Part shown: positions 12,840 through 24,235 of the stretch, piece by piece | Position numbering within the stretch: position 1 is the stretch's first letter | How the letters are laid out: each line of letters starts with the position of its first letter | From: Dipteris shenzhenensis | Lineage: Eukaryota | Strand: one strand, 5' to 3' | Length of the DNA stretch: 64,000 nt | NCBI GenBank assembly: GCA_047967505.1 | Contig: CM106538.1 | The notes under the pieces: model-generated | What the model saw: only the letters and a program-made list of their open reading frames with translations | What the model was told of the DNA's origin: nothing | The model's database searches: none | Made by a program: the position numbers and the translations under genes

Positions 12840-14560
12840 TCAATCAACGCGCGATTTCCTCGAGCCTCTCGAGGCTCAAGGCTTTTGCAGTTGCAGGCCG
12901 TTGCTTCCACGTAAATGAACGGAAAGTGTTGTTGGAGCCAGTCCAGCTTCGAAGCAACGGTTCGATCGAAATTTCACGCGAAAGTTTCAGTGGAGGCACA
13001 TATATATATATATATTCGGGTTGATCACCTATGGCTTCAAGGGTGTCTCCCAGATCTCGACACCACCATAATAATGTAAAATGGTTGGATTCCAAAAGTT
13101 TCCGCATAACTCCAAATTTTGTCACATAGATATTAGCTTGGGCCTCTTCCAGATCAGCTTGAATCTTGCTTCACGACTTTGTCCCGCTCTTTCATCGTCC
13201 TTTCAGTCTCTCATCTCAGAATTCCTTGTCTCCTTGCTTTGATTTCGCGAGCCCTAGGCTAGTCATAATTTCTTCGTCGTGTGTGTTGTGTACGCGACAA
13301 TATCTGCTTCTAATCTCCGCAGGCAGCCTAGTATCTATCTACTTCCTGGCAAAGTGCGCTACGTATGGACAAAACCCCCACAGCGTTGTTTCGCTGCACG
13401 CAACGCAATATAGGCCAAGTGTCGAGCCGATAAGTGGCCAGGGGGGACTATCTTCCGAGGGGACGCCTATTAGCTCGCGGGTTCTATCCTTGTAATACGA
13501 ACGGCGCTGTGAAAAAACATGGGGCTACATGGCAACGTTCTGCTACAAGTCCTGGGGTAAAACAGGAGGTGAACTGCAACTCTAACTTCCAACTGGGTCC
13601 GGATTCCAATTTCCAACTTCCAAAAACAGTGGGCAAGGCCAGCAAGAAACGAGCTGAACTGCTGAAGCCTGAGGGCCTCCTTTTCATTTGAGTCCCTCGA
13701 TTGACGCTCTTTTGGATAGTCTAGCCTGTAGAGTACCCACGGGACAGAAGAAAGGCATCGCATCACGGATTCACGCTGAACAACTGCTCGAGCGGTCATC
13801 ATGTCTTCTGTTTTAAGACGCACGGATGAGGTCACAGAAACAAATGCCATCGGCTTCCCGAGAGTCAGCTAGATTCGAGCTGATGGGCGCCGGCACCGGC
13901 ATGACTGCTGCAGGCGCGTGGAAAAGGTGATTGGAGCTCGCGATTCCTCGAACTAAAATAACGTGCTGCGGTAGTGATACAAGCGCTGATTCAATCAGAG
14001 AGATTCCAACTGGATTGGCTCCCGTGGGGGAATAAATGCAAGTGCGAATGGAAACTAGGCACTGGGCGATGGCAAATGGGCAGAGGGATGCAGCATTGCA
14101 GAGGAGGAGCCGAAAGGACGCCATAGCCAAAACACCCTTGAATCTGCAAAGGCTCAAAAGCTCCTCTGTGCGCCTAAGCACTATAAACTAGACAGTACAC
14201 AGTGAAGACGATGGCTGATGATGTCGGCGCACCCCTGCAAGCACACGCGCGTGTACTTCTCGGGGCATAGGAGTCAGCGCTGCTGCTGACGCGGCTCACG
14301 ATCCTGTGGAACTCGGGCGTGCGCTCTTGTGAATATCATTTTTAACGGTAGGCCACGTCATCCGTGAGCTCGCCATGCGGCGTGACCCTTGAATCAGCCG
14401 TAGGGGCAGTTAGCGCTGCCCTATCCATTATTATTATAATTGTGACATTTGGGACGGTTCCGGCCCCGGTACCGTACCTGCCTTGTCCCGAGGCTCGGTG
14501 CCTGCCGAGCCTCGCACGTTCTTCCTTTTTTACCATAATTTGAAATTCCAGCTTTTGCCC
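12840..14560. promoter_or_regulatory. CpG-rich non-repetitive island; putative unmethylated regulatory or ncRNA locus
   Basis: Up to 6-7 CpG per 60 bp (e.g. 14221-14340) versus mostly 0-1 in the flanks. No TE motifs recognised. Contains a (TA)n run at 13001-13015, CCACGTCA at ~14353 and splice-acceptor-like sites. Confidence 0.5.
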
Positions 14561-15311
14561 CACGCTCCCCACGCATGCCCCCATTCCTATGAATTTTGTC
14601 CTTCCAAGCTCCCCACGCACACCTTGCCTCTCTAAATGCCCCCCCTCATCCCCCTTACCCCTTTCTCTATCACATGGCAAATGCTTTCTCCATCACATGC
14701 CCATTGCTTCCTCCCTTCTCCTCATCACATGGCATGCTGCTCGTACTCCGCTTCTCAACCTCATAAGATTTCATTGCCTTGCATGCCTGAATCAACCTCG
14801 ATATCCAATAACACATTTTAATTCCCACTTTCCACACGCCCTGTTAGACCATTCTCAGCCACCACCATTGCACTTTTAATGCACTCAAGTGGCTTAGCTT
14901 CCATCAATGTAGTGGACAACTAATCATAAGGTGCAATGTCAACACCGACCTCGCCTTCAGCATAGATGTGCTTCCCCCTCTCCAAATTAAATTACATAAA
15001 CTTGCCTCAGTCAATGCATTATCGAGCTTCCAAATTACAAAGAAAACATTTTGGAAAGCATCTCCTTTCGATGGACTAAAGTAATGTCGGTATGCCATCC
15101 ATTAAATATTAATTACAAGCAAGTTGACACCTTGCTCACCAGAAGCATACTAAAGCACCAACTTTGGATCCACCATTTACAACAAAGACACATCAATTGT
15201 TGCATCGTATAAACACTTCACTCACCATGTAACATTAATGTTCACGTCTTGGTATACATCATGCATTACCTATGATTTTATAGGTCTTATCACAAATTCC
15301 AATGAAGAGAA

Positions 15312-15424
15312 CATCATCCTCATCCTCATCCTCATCCTCATTATCATCATTATTGTCATCATGTTGTCATCATCATTACCATCCCCCCCCCCCCCCCTCT
15401 CCCTCCCTCCCTCCCTCCCTCCCT

Positions 15425-15468
<44 letters not shown>

Positions 15469-15697
15469 CATGCACACACATGCATCATGCACACACACAT
15501 GCATCTTGCACACACACATGCATCTTGCACACACACATGAGCATGTGCATGCACACACATATGTATCATGCATACACACACATGCACATGCACACACACA
15601 TGTACATGCCTGCATAGACGTACATGTGCACATGCATAGGTGCTTACACACGCACGCAAAAGCCCACACAGAGAGAGAAGAAGAAGAAGAAGAAGAG
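15312..15697. repeat. Compound simple repeats: (ATCCTC)n, (ATC)n, poly-C, (CCCT)n, (CT)n, CA/GCAT, (GAA)n
   Basis: Directly visible. Confidence 0.95.
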
Positions 15698-17314
15698 TTT
15701 ACAATAGTTTATTCCAATTTTCTTACATTCTTTATGTGTGTCTAAATGGCAATTGTGATAGTTCTAGGAAGGGATGCATTTTTATTTTTGTCGCTATAAG
15801 AGATTTATAAAACCATCAAAAGTAGTAATCAAAATTTGAGGTAGATTTTTTGGTTTTGAGACCCATTCCTCCTTCAAATTTTAGTTTGTAGGGTCTAAAA
15901 TGGAACACTACAAATATTCGATTTGACAATGCATTTTTGAAGCCATGCCACCTGCCAATGCGATGACCCGAGCAATCACATGCCACATGCCATTAGTGAT
16001 GATCTGAGCAATCACAATGATATGAAAGATATATCAAGTGATGGTTAGGCAAGGTTCTTTTTTCTTTAGGAACTTTCAACATGAATGTAGGAGGTTTGCA
16101 TATACAACACCTAATTGGAAGCCACAAATTTCTCAATCACACCATTAGATTTAGCTACTCCTTTTGTATGAAAGGAGTGGACACGTGGTCGCAAGTAGAT
16201 AGTAGACCACTTGAGGACCCATCTCACTAACAAATGATGAGCAAATAGAAATAGGACACAAGTGCACTACTTGATGTGCCATGCAACAAGGGCATGCAAT
16301 CAACAATGGAACAAGTAATTAAAATACCAATAGACCATCTTGAGGGATGCAACCAACATACAGTTGAAAGCATAGCAAGGAATGGCCATGGACCCAAGCA
16401 TTGCTCAAACCCTCCAAAAAAGGGCCAAAGAAATCCCAGTCCGACAAGGATATGCACAATGCTTAGAGTACATGTTAGACCTTGTTGAGTTGCACAATGA
16501 CTTACTTATTGTAGACCTGATCACTGAGAATGAAGGAGATGTGAGAAGAAAGAGTAGGAGAATATTTTAGGGGAGAGAGGAGGTTGATGACTAATCTAAG
16601 GAAAAGCTGGTGGGAGAGGACCTCCAACAAAAGGAGTCCACCTAGACGAGGGTATAACATCGAGTTATAGTTCAAATAGTTTTGCTCGAAAGAAACAAGG
16701 GAGATGGTGGGAGCACCACCACTAGCAAAAGAAGTCTACCCACGAGGAGGGCATAGTAGAGCTAAAGTTCAAGAAGTCTTGTTTGAAGAAACTATAGTGG
16801 GATATGAGAAGACCATGATGCAAAAGATGTGAAAATGCATGGACCAAGTTCTCCTATGGACCCTAATCTACTCTAATGACAATACTAATCTAAGGTGGAT
16901 GAATCCTAAGAGTGATCATGATCTATAACTCAAGTCAATTAGGTTCCAAGATGGATTAGCTTGGACTAATAACGAGAATCTTGAGATAGTGCAAAGTGCT
17001 TGATTAATATTACTTCAAATGAACCTCCCTTTTATAGAAGTGGGTACTTACATCCATGTGCATGCTCACATGTGGGATATCTCCTCCATGCCATGTGGTA
17101 GCTTGCCCTTTACTCATATCTTTTCTCTACATGTGCTCATGGCACCACATCTCTCAAGACCTCCCCTTGGTGCCATGATACTTGGCTACTACAAGGTGGT
17201 CAAATGTGAGTTACAAGATCAAATCCTTCCCTAGGTGGTTACATGGCTACTCTCAGGTGGTCAGGTTTGATTACAAGAATATAGGCTAAAGGTGGAAAGG
17301 CTTTTGCTTCTCAA

Positions 17315-18611
17315 TACATGTTGTTCTTGTCATTCTACTCATGGCTTGATGATGACTCCACGTAGTTGACCTGCTAGTTCTTCAATATGCAATCTTCTTC
17401 CTTGTGTCCCATCTTCTTGCAATGGTGACACAGTGGTTTGTTCTTCAGTCTGCAATCACTTTGATAGTGACCCATCCTTTCGCAATGGTAGCACTTCGTT
17501 GATGTTTTACTAAACAATGCTTGTTCTTCATTATAGCTATTTTGTGTTGATGTAGATGTCAATGTCGATGCCTTTAACTCTTTCTTTTTCAAGAAGAGAG
17601 GATACACATTCCTCAAACTTTGGATCTATTAAATTCTTCAAAGTGGTTGTCAGTGAGCTATACTTTGTAGGCATGCTTTTAAGGAGAATCGCAAGTGCAT
17701 CTTTTTCCCCTACTTTTGCATTTATGCCTTCTAGTTGGGTCATAATGCTTTTTATTTTGTTGACAAATTGTGCCATGGATTCATTGAAGCCCATGTGCAA
17801 ACCTTAGGATTCAATCTGAAGATGGATTTTTTGGTTTTTGGCTTTTGCACCAAACACTGTGTTCAACTCATCCCATGCATCTTTGGCATGATCCTTAGAG
17901 TCTACATGATGAATTATGTTTGGTCCCAAGTGCAAACCAATGAGTGATAGTGCTGCTTCGTCTCGTACGAGAGCAGCTGTCCAAAAAGAGCATGCTAGTT
18001 TTGTTGCTTATGCTTTACTTGCTACAGCATGCAATGAAGAGCCCTTATGTCATCAAGATGCCTTTCAGAATGATTGTTGGATGAAGGCCATGCAAGGTGA
18101 ATTGGATTCTATCCATCAAAATAACACTTGGGAGTTGTGTGATTTGCCTTATGGCAAGAATGCCATTGGAACTAAGTGGATTTACAAAATCAAACGAAAA
18201 GCTGATGGTTCAATGGACTGTTACAAAGCCCATCTTGTAACTAAGGGCTATGCTCAGCAGCATGGCATTGACTTTGAGGAGACTTTTGCTCCCACTTCCA
18301 GGATTACTACTATTAACATTGTTAATGCAACTGCAAATTTTAAAATTGATTTGTAGCAGACATTTGCTATGTCTAATCTTGGTCTTCTGCACTACTATCT
18401 AGGCATCCAATTTGCTAGCAGTGAGGGGGGCATTTTGATATCACAATCCAAGTACAATGGATAGCTTTTGCAGCATTTTGGTTTCCTTCCAGGCATCATT
18501 TTGTGCAATGGGAATGTCTTCTTTTATAGTCAAGAGATACCTCATTTGTGTAGACCAGGTGTGAAATCCTTCCCCGGTGAACTTCTTAATAGTTGGGGTG
18601 CGTATTGCCAT
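17315..18611 (-). pseudogene. gag: Copia-type Gag with two CCHC zinc knuckles, interrupted by an antisense RT fragment
   Basis: MAIRTPTIKKFTGEGFHTWSTQMRYLL ... ALSLIGLHL ... AWDELNTVFG ... ILLKSMP ... CYHCERMGHYQSDC ... CHHCKKMGHKEEDC. Confidence 0.85.
17954..18483 (+). pseudogene. pol: Ty1/copia reverse transcriptase (RVT_2-type) fragment with an internal deletion
   Basis: WMKAMQGELDSIHQNNTWEL..AIGTKWIYKIK..YKAHLVTKGYAQQHGIDFEETFAP, then a jump to FAMSNLGLLHYYLGIQF..ISQSKY. Confidence 0.9.
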
Positions 18612-19336
18612 TGCAAACGTCTTATAGTTGAGGATACTTTCAAATTTGGCAGTGTCTAATTGCATACATAAAATGTGAGTTGACAGGCACACAGAGCTTG
18701 AAAAACTGATTATTTTTCCCTTTTGGAGCGCATGCAAATTCTTTCTGGATTGAGAGTTATGGCTTGTCGAAGCTTTTATGAAGAAAGAAGAGGCATGATC
18801 ATGTGGCACAAGGGGAATTCACATGCTGCCAATACACTGTGCTTAGCAGGGGCTATGGGCTTAGGTGGTTGCATGATGATGTGGCATTAACCTAACCCTA
18901 ATACTTAACCATGGTTTAACTTGGCCACACCCACACCAACCTTATCTGCCACGTGTCCTATCAAAGGACTACCACGTGGCCTAAGGTCTATACCTTAGGC
19001 AAATCTTTGCCAAGGAGCTAACATTGTGGAAGCTGTAGTCAATGCTGGATTTTTTGTAGTTGCACTATGAAAGCTGTAGTCGACGTCGGCCATTGGACCT
19101 ACATGTCGACCGACCTGCTCTAGGCTCTCCCACTATACCTTTTGTACTAGTTCAGGTAGCTTCTTTCTTGTTATGTATTGCCGCAGCCCTTGTGCCCATC
19201 GGCCAGCCATTGCTACTGGCATGAGTGGCCCATGTGGCTGCCCTAAATTCAATACAAGATCTATGTGCTGTCCATGTGGCAGCCAACTGCTACCCACATG
19301 GAATCCCTAAACCTCCCCTCTCCCCCGCCCCCCCCA

Positions 19337-20890
19337 TCATATACAGTAAGTCTTCCTCCCCAATGTCCTCCTCATATGGGAGCTCACAAGTGAAGAGGTG
19401 ACCATCATATTCCAATAGAAGGCTCTACGTCGCAAGTCCATGTTGTGTAATTTTAAGGCTCTTTCATCTCTCCTGTTCTCTGACCATATCTTGTTCCCCT
19501 CTAGCAGGAGTAGGAAATCTTGGTTTGCCAATCCCTTGCCCTAGGACATTTAGATCAAGATAAAGGGGATTTGGGACAATGCATTAAGAACACAAAAGGG
19601 TGGCCCTTTCTAGAGCAAAGAGAAGACAAGTTCTAGAAGATCAGTTTAAGGTTTTGACCTTGGACTTCTCTAAAGAGGGACAATCAAGACTAAGATTGAT
19701 AAAGGAGCATGTTAAGAAGGAATAGTCCATCATGATTCAGGAACAGAATATCTATATAAGAGGATACAGGTTCTAGAGGATCAGTTTAAGGTTTTGACCT
19801 AGGACTGCTCTGAAGAGGGACAATCAAATCTAGGAAGCCATCTCTTTTTTTCTCTACGTCTTGTTAGTGTGAAGAATTTATCTCTTGTGATGTACCTTGC
19901 TCCTCCTCATGTATGAAAATCAATCATGTATGGGGTTCTCATGTTCAACTACACAATTTTCTCAATCATGTTCCCTTACTATCCTAAAATCCTCAATTGG
20001 TAACCTTTTATTGCACAAATTAATGGAACCGTGCAAACAACAAACAACAAAGGTGCCAATGGGCATCCTTGCCGGATAGATCTATATAACTCAAACTTGC
20101 CCACCACACCACCACTGATACACAGAATGGTGGAGGCATTACCAAAGAGAGTACAAACCTTTCTGACTAGATTAGCACCAAACCCCAAATGTTCAAGCAC
20201 CGCCTTAAGAATAAACCATGAGATCCAATCGTAAGCCTTATCAAAGTATACCCCCAATACCATACATTTTCGACCGGAAGCCAAGGCAAAATCCAAAATA
20301 GAGGAGACGTTAAGGATATCTTCTAGAATGTCCTGGCCTTTAATGGAACCATTATCTTCTTTATCCACAAGCTACAAGCACACCGTTTGCACTCTGATAG
20401 TGAGAGCTTTAGCAATCAATTTGTAAGAGATATTAAGCATCGTAATTGGCCTCCAATCATGAACTCTCAGCCTGTCTGAATGCTTAGGGAGCAATTTGAG
20501 TAACCCAGCATTCATGTCCTAAAAAATACTACCCCGTTCCACTGAGGCATATGCCATATTAACAAAGTCACATTTAAGAAGATTCCAAAAATGTTTATAA
20601 AACTCAACCAAAAAACCATCGGGGCTAGGAGACTTATTCTTTCTCTTGAGACTCGCTGCATCCTCAAATTCTTGAAGAGAAAAAGGATGAGCTGAATTGG
20701 CTCTTTGTTCATCCGAAAGCCTCGGCTTAATTGGGGCCAAAATCCAATCCACATTCTATTGCCAATCCATGTCTATACCCAGTTTGGAACTAACCATAGT
20801 AGCCAACTCTTTTTGAAAGTCTCCAGCCACTTGTCAAAAGTCAGTTACTAGGTTACCATTCTCATCTTGAACCCTGTCAATTAGCTCACG
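19337..20890 (-). mobile_element. L1-type LINE ORF2 (RT) fragments
   Basis: KSPSPDGFLVEFYKHFW; WRPITMLNISYKLIAKAL; FDKAYDWISW; RSIRQGCPLAPLLF. A probable ORF2 C-terminal scrap lies at 19337-19560. Confidence 0.85.
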
Positions 20891-21030
20891 AACAATAGAA
20901 TAATTGTATGACTTCGAGGTGATGGACTCTCAACTATTCCAAAGTGAGATTTACAAGGTATAAATTGTGAACCCTTATAATTGAGCAACAGTATCCTTTT
21001 AAAGATATCATCGCACACTTGGCCAATGTT

Positions 21031-21199
21031 CATTCTTTCAAATAAGAATGTTGGGAGTAGAAGAATGAAATTCTAAATGGTTGCTTACACTAAAGAAGTT
21101 TGGATGGGTTTACCATTCTTTCAAATAAGAATGCTGGGAGTAGAAGAATGAAATTCTAAATGGTTGCTTACACTAAAGAAGTTTGGATGGGTTTACCAT
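21031..21199. repeat. 83-bp tandem duplication (one mismatch)
   Basis: 'cattctttcaaataagaatg[t/c]tgggagtagaag...ggatgggtttac' starts at 21031 and 21114. Confidence 0.95.
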
Positions 21200-22509
21200 G
21201 ATAATCTAGTTTAATTCCCCTGGGGTCAATGGGGTCTGGTCCTTCCAAATATGCATTCTGTTGCACTCTAAAATATACAGTGGTCCCCATCCAAGGGGTC
21301 AAATGCATACAAACCCTATCAACACTAGCACTCATAGTGAAATGAGAAATTATTTTAGAACCCGAATTGACTTTGAAAGATGTTGCTAAAGATTTGGTAG
21401 AGGATTCCAGGTCAGATGGTTTGAAATTTTGAGTATACCTTCTACTCAGCTTGCCTCCCTACTAAGTGTTCTAACTTTAGGAAGTTCTGGAGGTTGGGAA
21501 AGGGTTTCCCTAAACTGCCTGTGGGTGGCAACCAAAACTATTAACCCTATGTAGCTATAATCAACTAGCTCCTAAGCCTTATTATAATCAGTACATTCTA
21601 CAGTAATAAAGATAAGGCTACGTCATTGGGATCATCATTTAGGTATCTCTCATTAGCTTGCAAGCCTGGGGCACCAATAGGAGCATGGATAGGAGCCATG
21701 GGGAGATATGGAGGTAATGGGGCTGGATTTTGGCCCCAATGCTACACGAAGTCAGAGAGGTTTCTATACCACAAAGGTTGTGGTATGAGGGCTACGGTCA
21801 ACAGATTAGTGAGGCATCTATTTCCTAGGCATGCTTGATGAATCAAGTGGAGTTGATGGCCTTGTTTTGGCACTGGTTCTCCATCAAATCTTGCACAAGG
21901 CTAGTTGATCATGGGACAGGTCTCACACTTGCTTCTAAAAGTCAAGTACATTGCCTATAATTGTGCCTTTTCTACTATTTAGGTTCAACAGTGCCCATGA
22001 TGTGTAGATTGCAAACATGGTAAGGTCAGGGTTGATGTGGAGAAGGTGAAGTTGTGGGTGCACGATTTTGGTGCCTTGTTGGAGTCAAACTGATAGCTAA
22101 GAGACAAAAGTTGTAGATGCACAAGAGGAAGTGAGAGCAAGAACAAAGCATACATTGGACACCCTTGATTCCAGGTGAAGAAGTGAAGTGGCAAGGATAG
22201 GTGGGTTCCCGAAAACATGGGGACAGACACTGGAGGTAGAGTACCTCCAAACCTAGCTCTCTCACATGGTACTGTTGATGTGACACCACCTTTTGCATGG
22301 ATTCAACATGGACTTCTATGACAATGACATTTTGAATGGAGATCCTTCACAGTTTCTGCTACTAAAAGAGATAAATTCCTCACCACCTTCGAAGAATGGA
22401 TGATCAAGATCTCTCATTGCAAGCCCTCTCTCTCCAACCGTTGGTAGTAGAGACACCAAATAGATTGCAAGGCCCTCATACGTAGGGTGGTACACGCTTA
22501 TACCAAAGG

Positions 22510-24235
22510 AAGGGGACATGATAGTCTTTATAAATTGGAGCCCCCTCACTATGCTAAACTATTCCTATAAGATATATGCTAAAGCAATTGCTTTGAGACT
22601 AAGACACAAGATGGACAAGTGGATTCTAGAGGAACAGAAAGGATTCATCAAGAACATGCATCTATTAGAGGCAATTATCAACTTATGGGAAGGGTGTACT
22701 CATGCTGAAGAAAACAATCAAGAAATCTGTCTTATTAAAATAGACTTTGATCGGGCATATAATAGGCTGAATTGGGACTTTCTGCTACAGTCACTTAAGA
22801 TTGGGATTGGGAAAGAAATTCACCTCCTATGTAGCTCTGTTACTATCAAATGCCTCTGCAAAGGTGTGTGTGAATGTCAGAGCTTCATGTTGAGAAGGTC
22901 CATCAAACAAGGATGTCTTAGAGCTTCATGTTGAGAAGGTCCATCAAACAAGGATGCCCTCTAGCACCTCTCTTATTTGCTATAGCTATTGATGCCTTGG
23001 GATGGCTGTTAAGGAACAAGTGACTGTAGGAGAAATCAATGGTAGAGAACTCCCCTCAAGAAAGTAGCTTGCGAACCAGCAATTTGCAAATGATACTACC
23101 CTAACAATCAGAAACACAGATGTAGACATACAAAGAGCTATGGACTGTATGGATATATTCTGTAATGCATCTGGTTCAAAAATAAATCACTCCAAAATAG
23201 GTTATGCATTATTATCTGGTGACAACCTAAACCTATTAGACCAGCTTCGATGCAACAAGATTCCCCATGGTCAGATATTCAGGCTACTAGCTATTAAGCT
23301 TCGATGGCATGCTGGAAACAGTAAAAGACGGAGGCTGAATGCTAAGGAATCAAGGTTGCTGTAGCCAATGATGAAATGGGCTTCATGGGCTTGCTCTTAT
23401 ATAGCCACCAGTTGTAGTCAGTTAGGCTCAATTGGATGACCGACCCAGTCTGCCCAAAACGGTCGACGGGGGGTCGGTAGGCCATCAACCATATGATAGA
23501 ACCGGTGTGCAAAACAGAGCAACTCCTAAGGTCACCGTTCGGCCCACAGCCATTCGGGATCATCTGAGGCTCCAAACGGGCCCCGCAACTCAAGAGTGGG
23601 CTGCCCCGAGAAATGCTCCATCTACCCTCAGTGCGGTCAGTCAAGGGATGCCTTCCCACACTTGCATGTAGACTAGTTGGTAGTGTGCCAACTCTATCTA
23701 AAGCCGTCCAGCCATCAGACCACACATGGCCCCCATCTGGTGTCCAAACCAGGACCTACCGGATAACCGAGCTACTCAAATACCTTCTCCTCATATGGGG
23801 CGCTTACAAGTAGAGTTAGCTGGTTCCCGCATAGTTACACGACGAGAGTGGAGCATTAATATCTAACACTAAATCACTGCATATATCCAATTGCCATTTT
23901 TTAATCTCTCATGCTGGTGTCCCTCCAGAACAGGGTTAGAAAATTTCATAAGGATCTGCAGACCCTTCTTATGGGGTGGGAGTGACACTGGAAGAAGGAT
24001 AGCCAAAGTTAAGTGGGCTTTCTGCACTAGACCAAGAAAGGAAGGAGGACTGGGTGTCATAAATATCCAATTGGTAGCATACAAATTAGCAGCTATGTGG
24101 ATAATTAAAGCCATCACTAATCCTGAAAGTGATTGGGCTAACCTCCTTCTCAGGAACTTCAAGCATGTAAGACCTCTCAGAGCTCCTAGATGGAAGGACT
24201 ATCCCCTTTTAGTAGCCATTGGGAACCCAAAACCT
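22510..24235 (+). mobile_element. L1-type LINE ORF2 (RT) fragment, interrupted by a solo-LTR-like insert; possible ORF1 remnant upstream (~21200-22000)
   Basis: NWSPLTMLNYSYKIYAKAIALRL..EQKGFIK..KIDFDRAYNRLNWDFL; RSIKQGCPLAPLLF; FLWGG..KVKWAFCTRPRKEGGLGV. A 41-bp duplication lies at ~22880-22956. Confidence 0.9.
23292..23861 (-). mobile_element. Solo-LTR-like insertion in the LINE
   Basis: GC/CpG-richer 570-bp block with imperfect inverted termini TATTAAGCTTC / GGAGCATTAATA (consistent with deaminated TG..CA ends) and TATATAA on the minus strand; interrupts LINE ORF2; no clean TSD. Confidence 0.55.

Larger units (their letters stand above)
16525..19090 (-). mobile_element. 3' part of a gag-only (TR-GAG-like) LTR element: leader, gag, PPT 17160-17168, 3' LTR ~16525-17159
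   Basis: Copia-type gag followed within ~160 bp by AAGGGGAGG and an LTR whose end 'gtgctcatggcaccaca.ctctcaa' matches the LTR at 48777-49117. No protease or pol between gag and PPT. Outer boundaries approximate. Confidence 0.7.

Noticed and set aside
13434-13495. GQGGLSSEGTP resembles the GGP/VTC2 conserved uORF (GGRGALPSEGG)
   Set aside because: Similarity is weak, DLLFLAGGG is absent and no GDP-L-galactose phosphorylase CDS follows
14287-14298. 12-nt minus-strand match TGAGCCGCGTCA to miR171-family sequence
   Set aside because: The flanking ATATC is missing and no precursor-length hairpin is evident
15238-15745. ORFs with signal-peptide-like, poly-Ser or poly-Glu stretches
   Set aside because: Microsatellite artefacts
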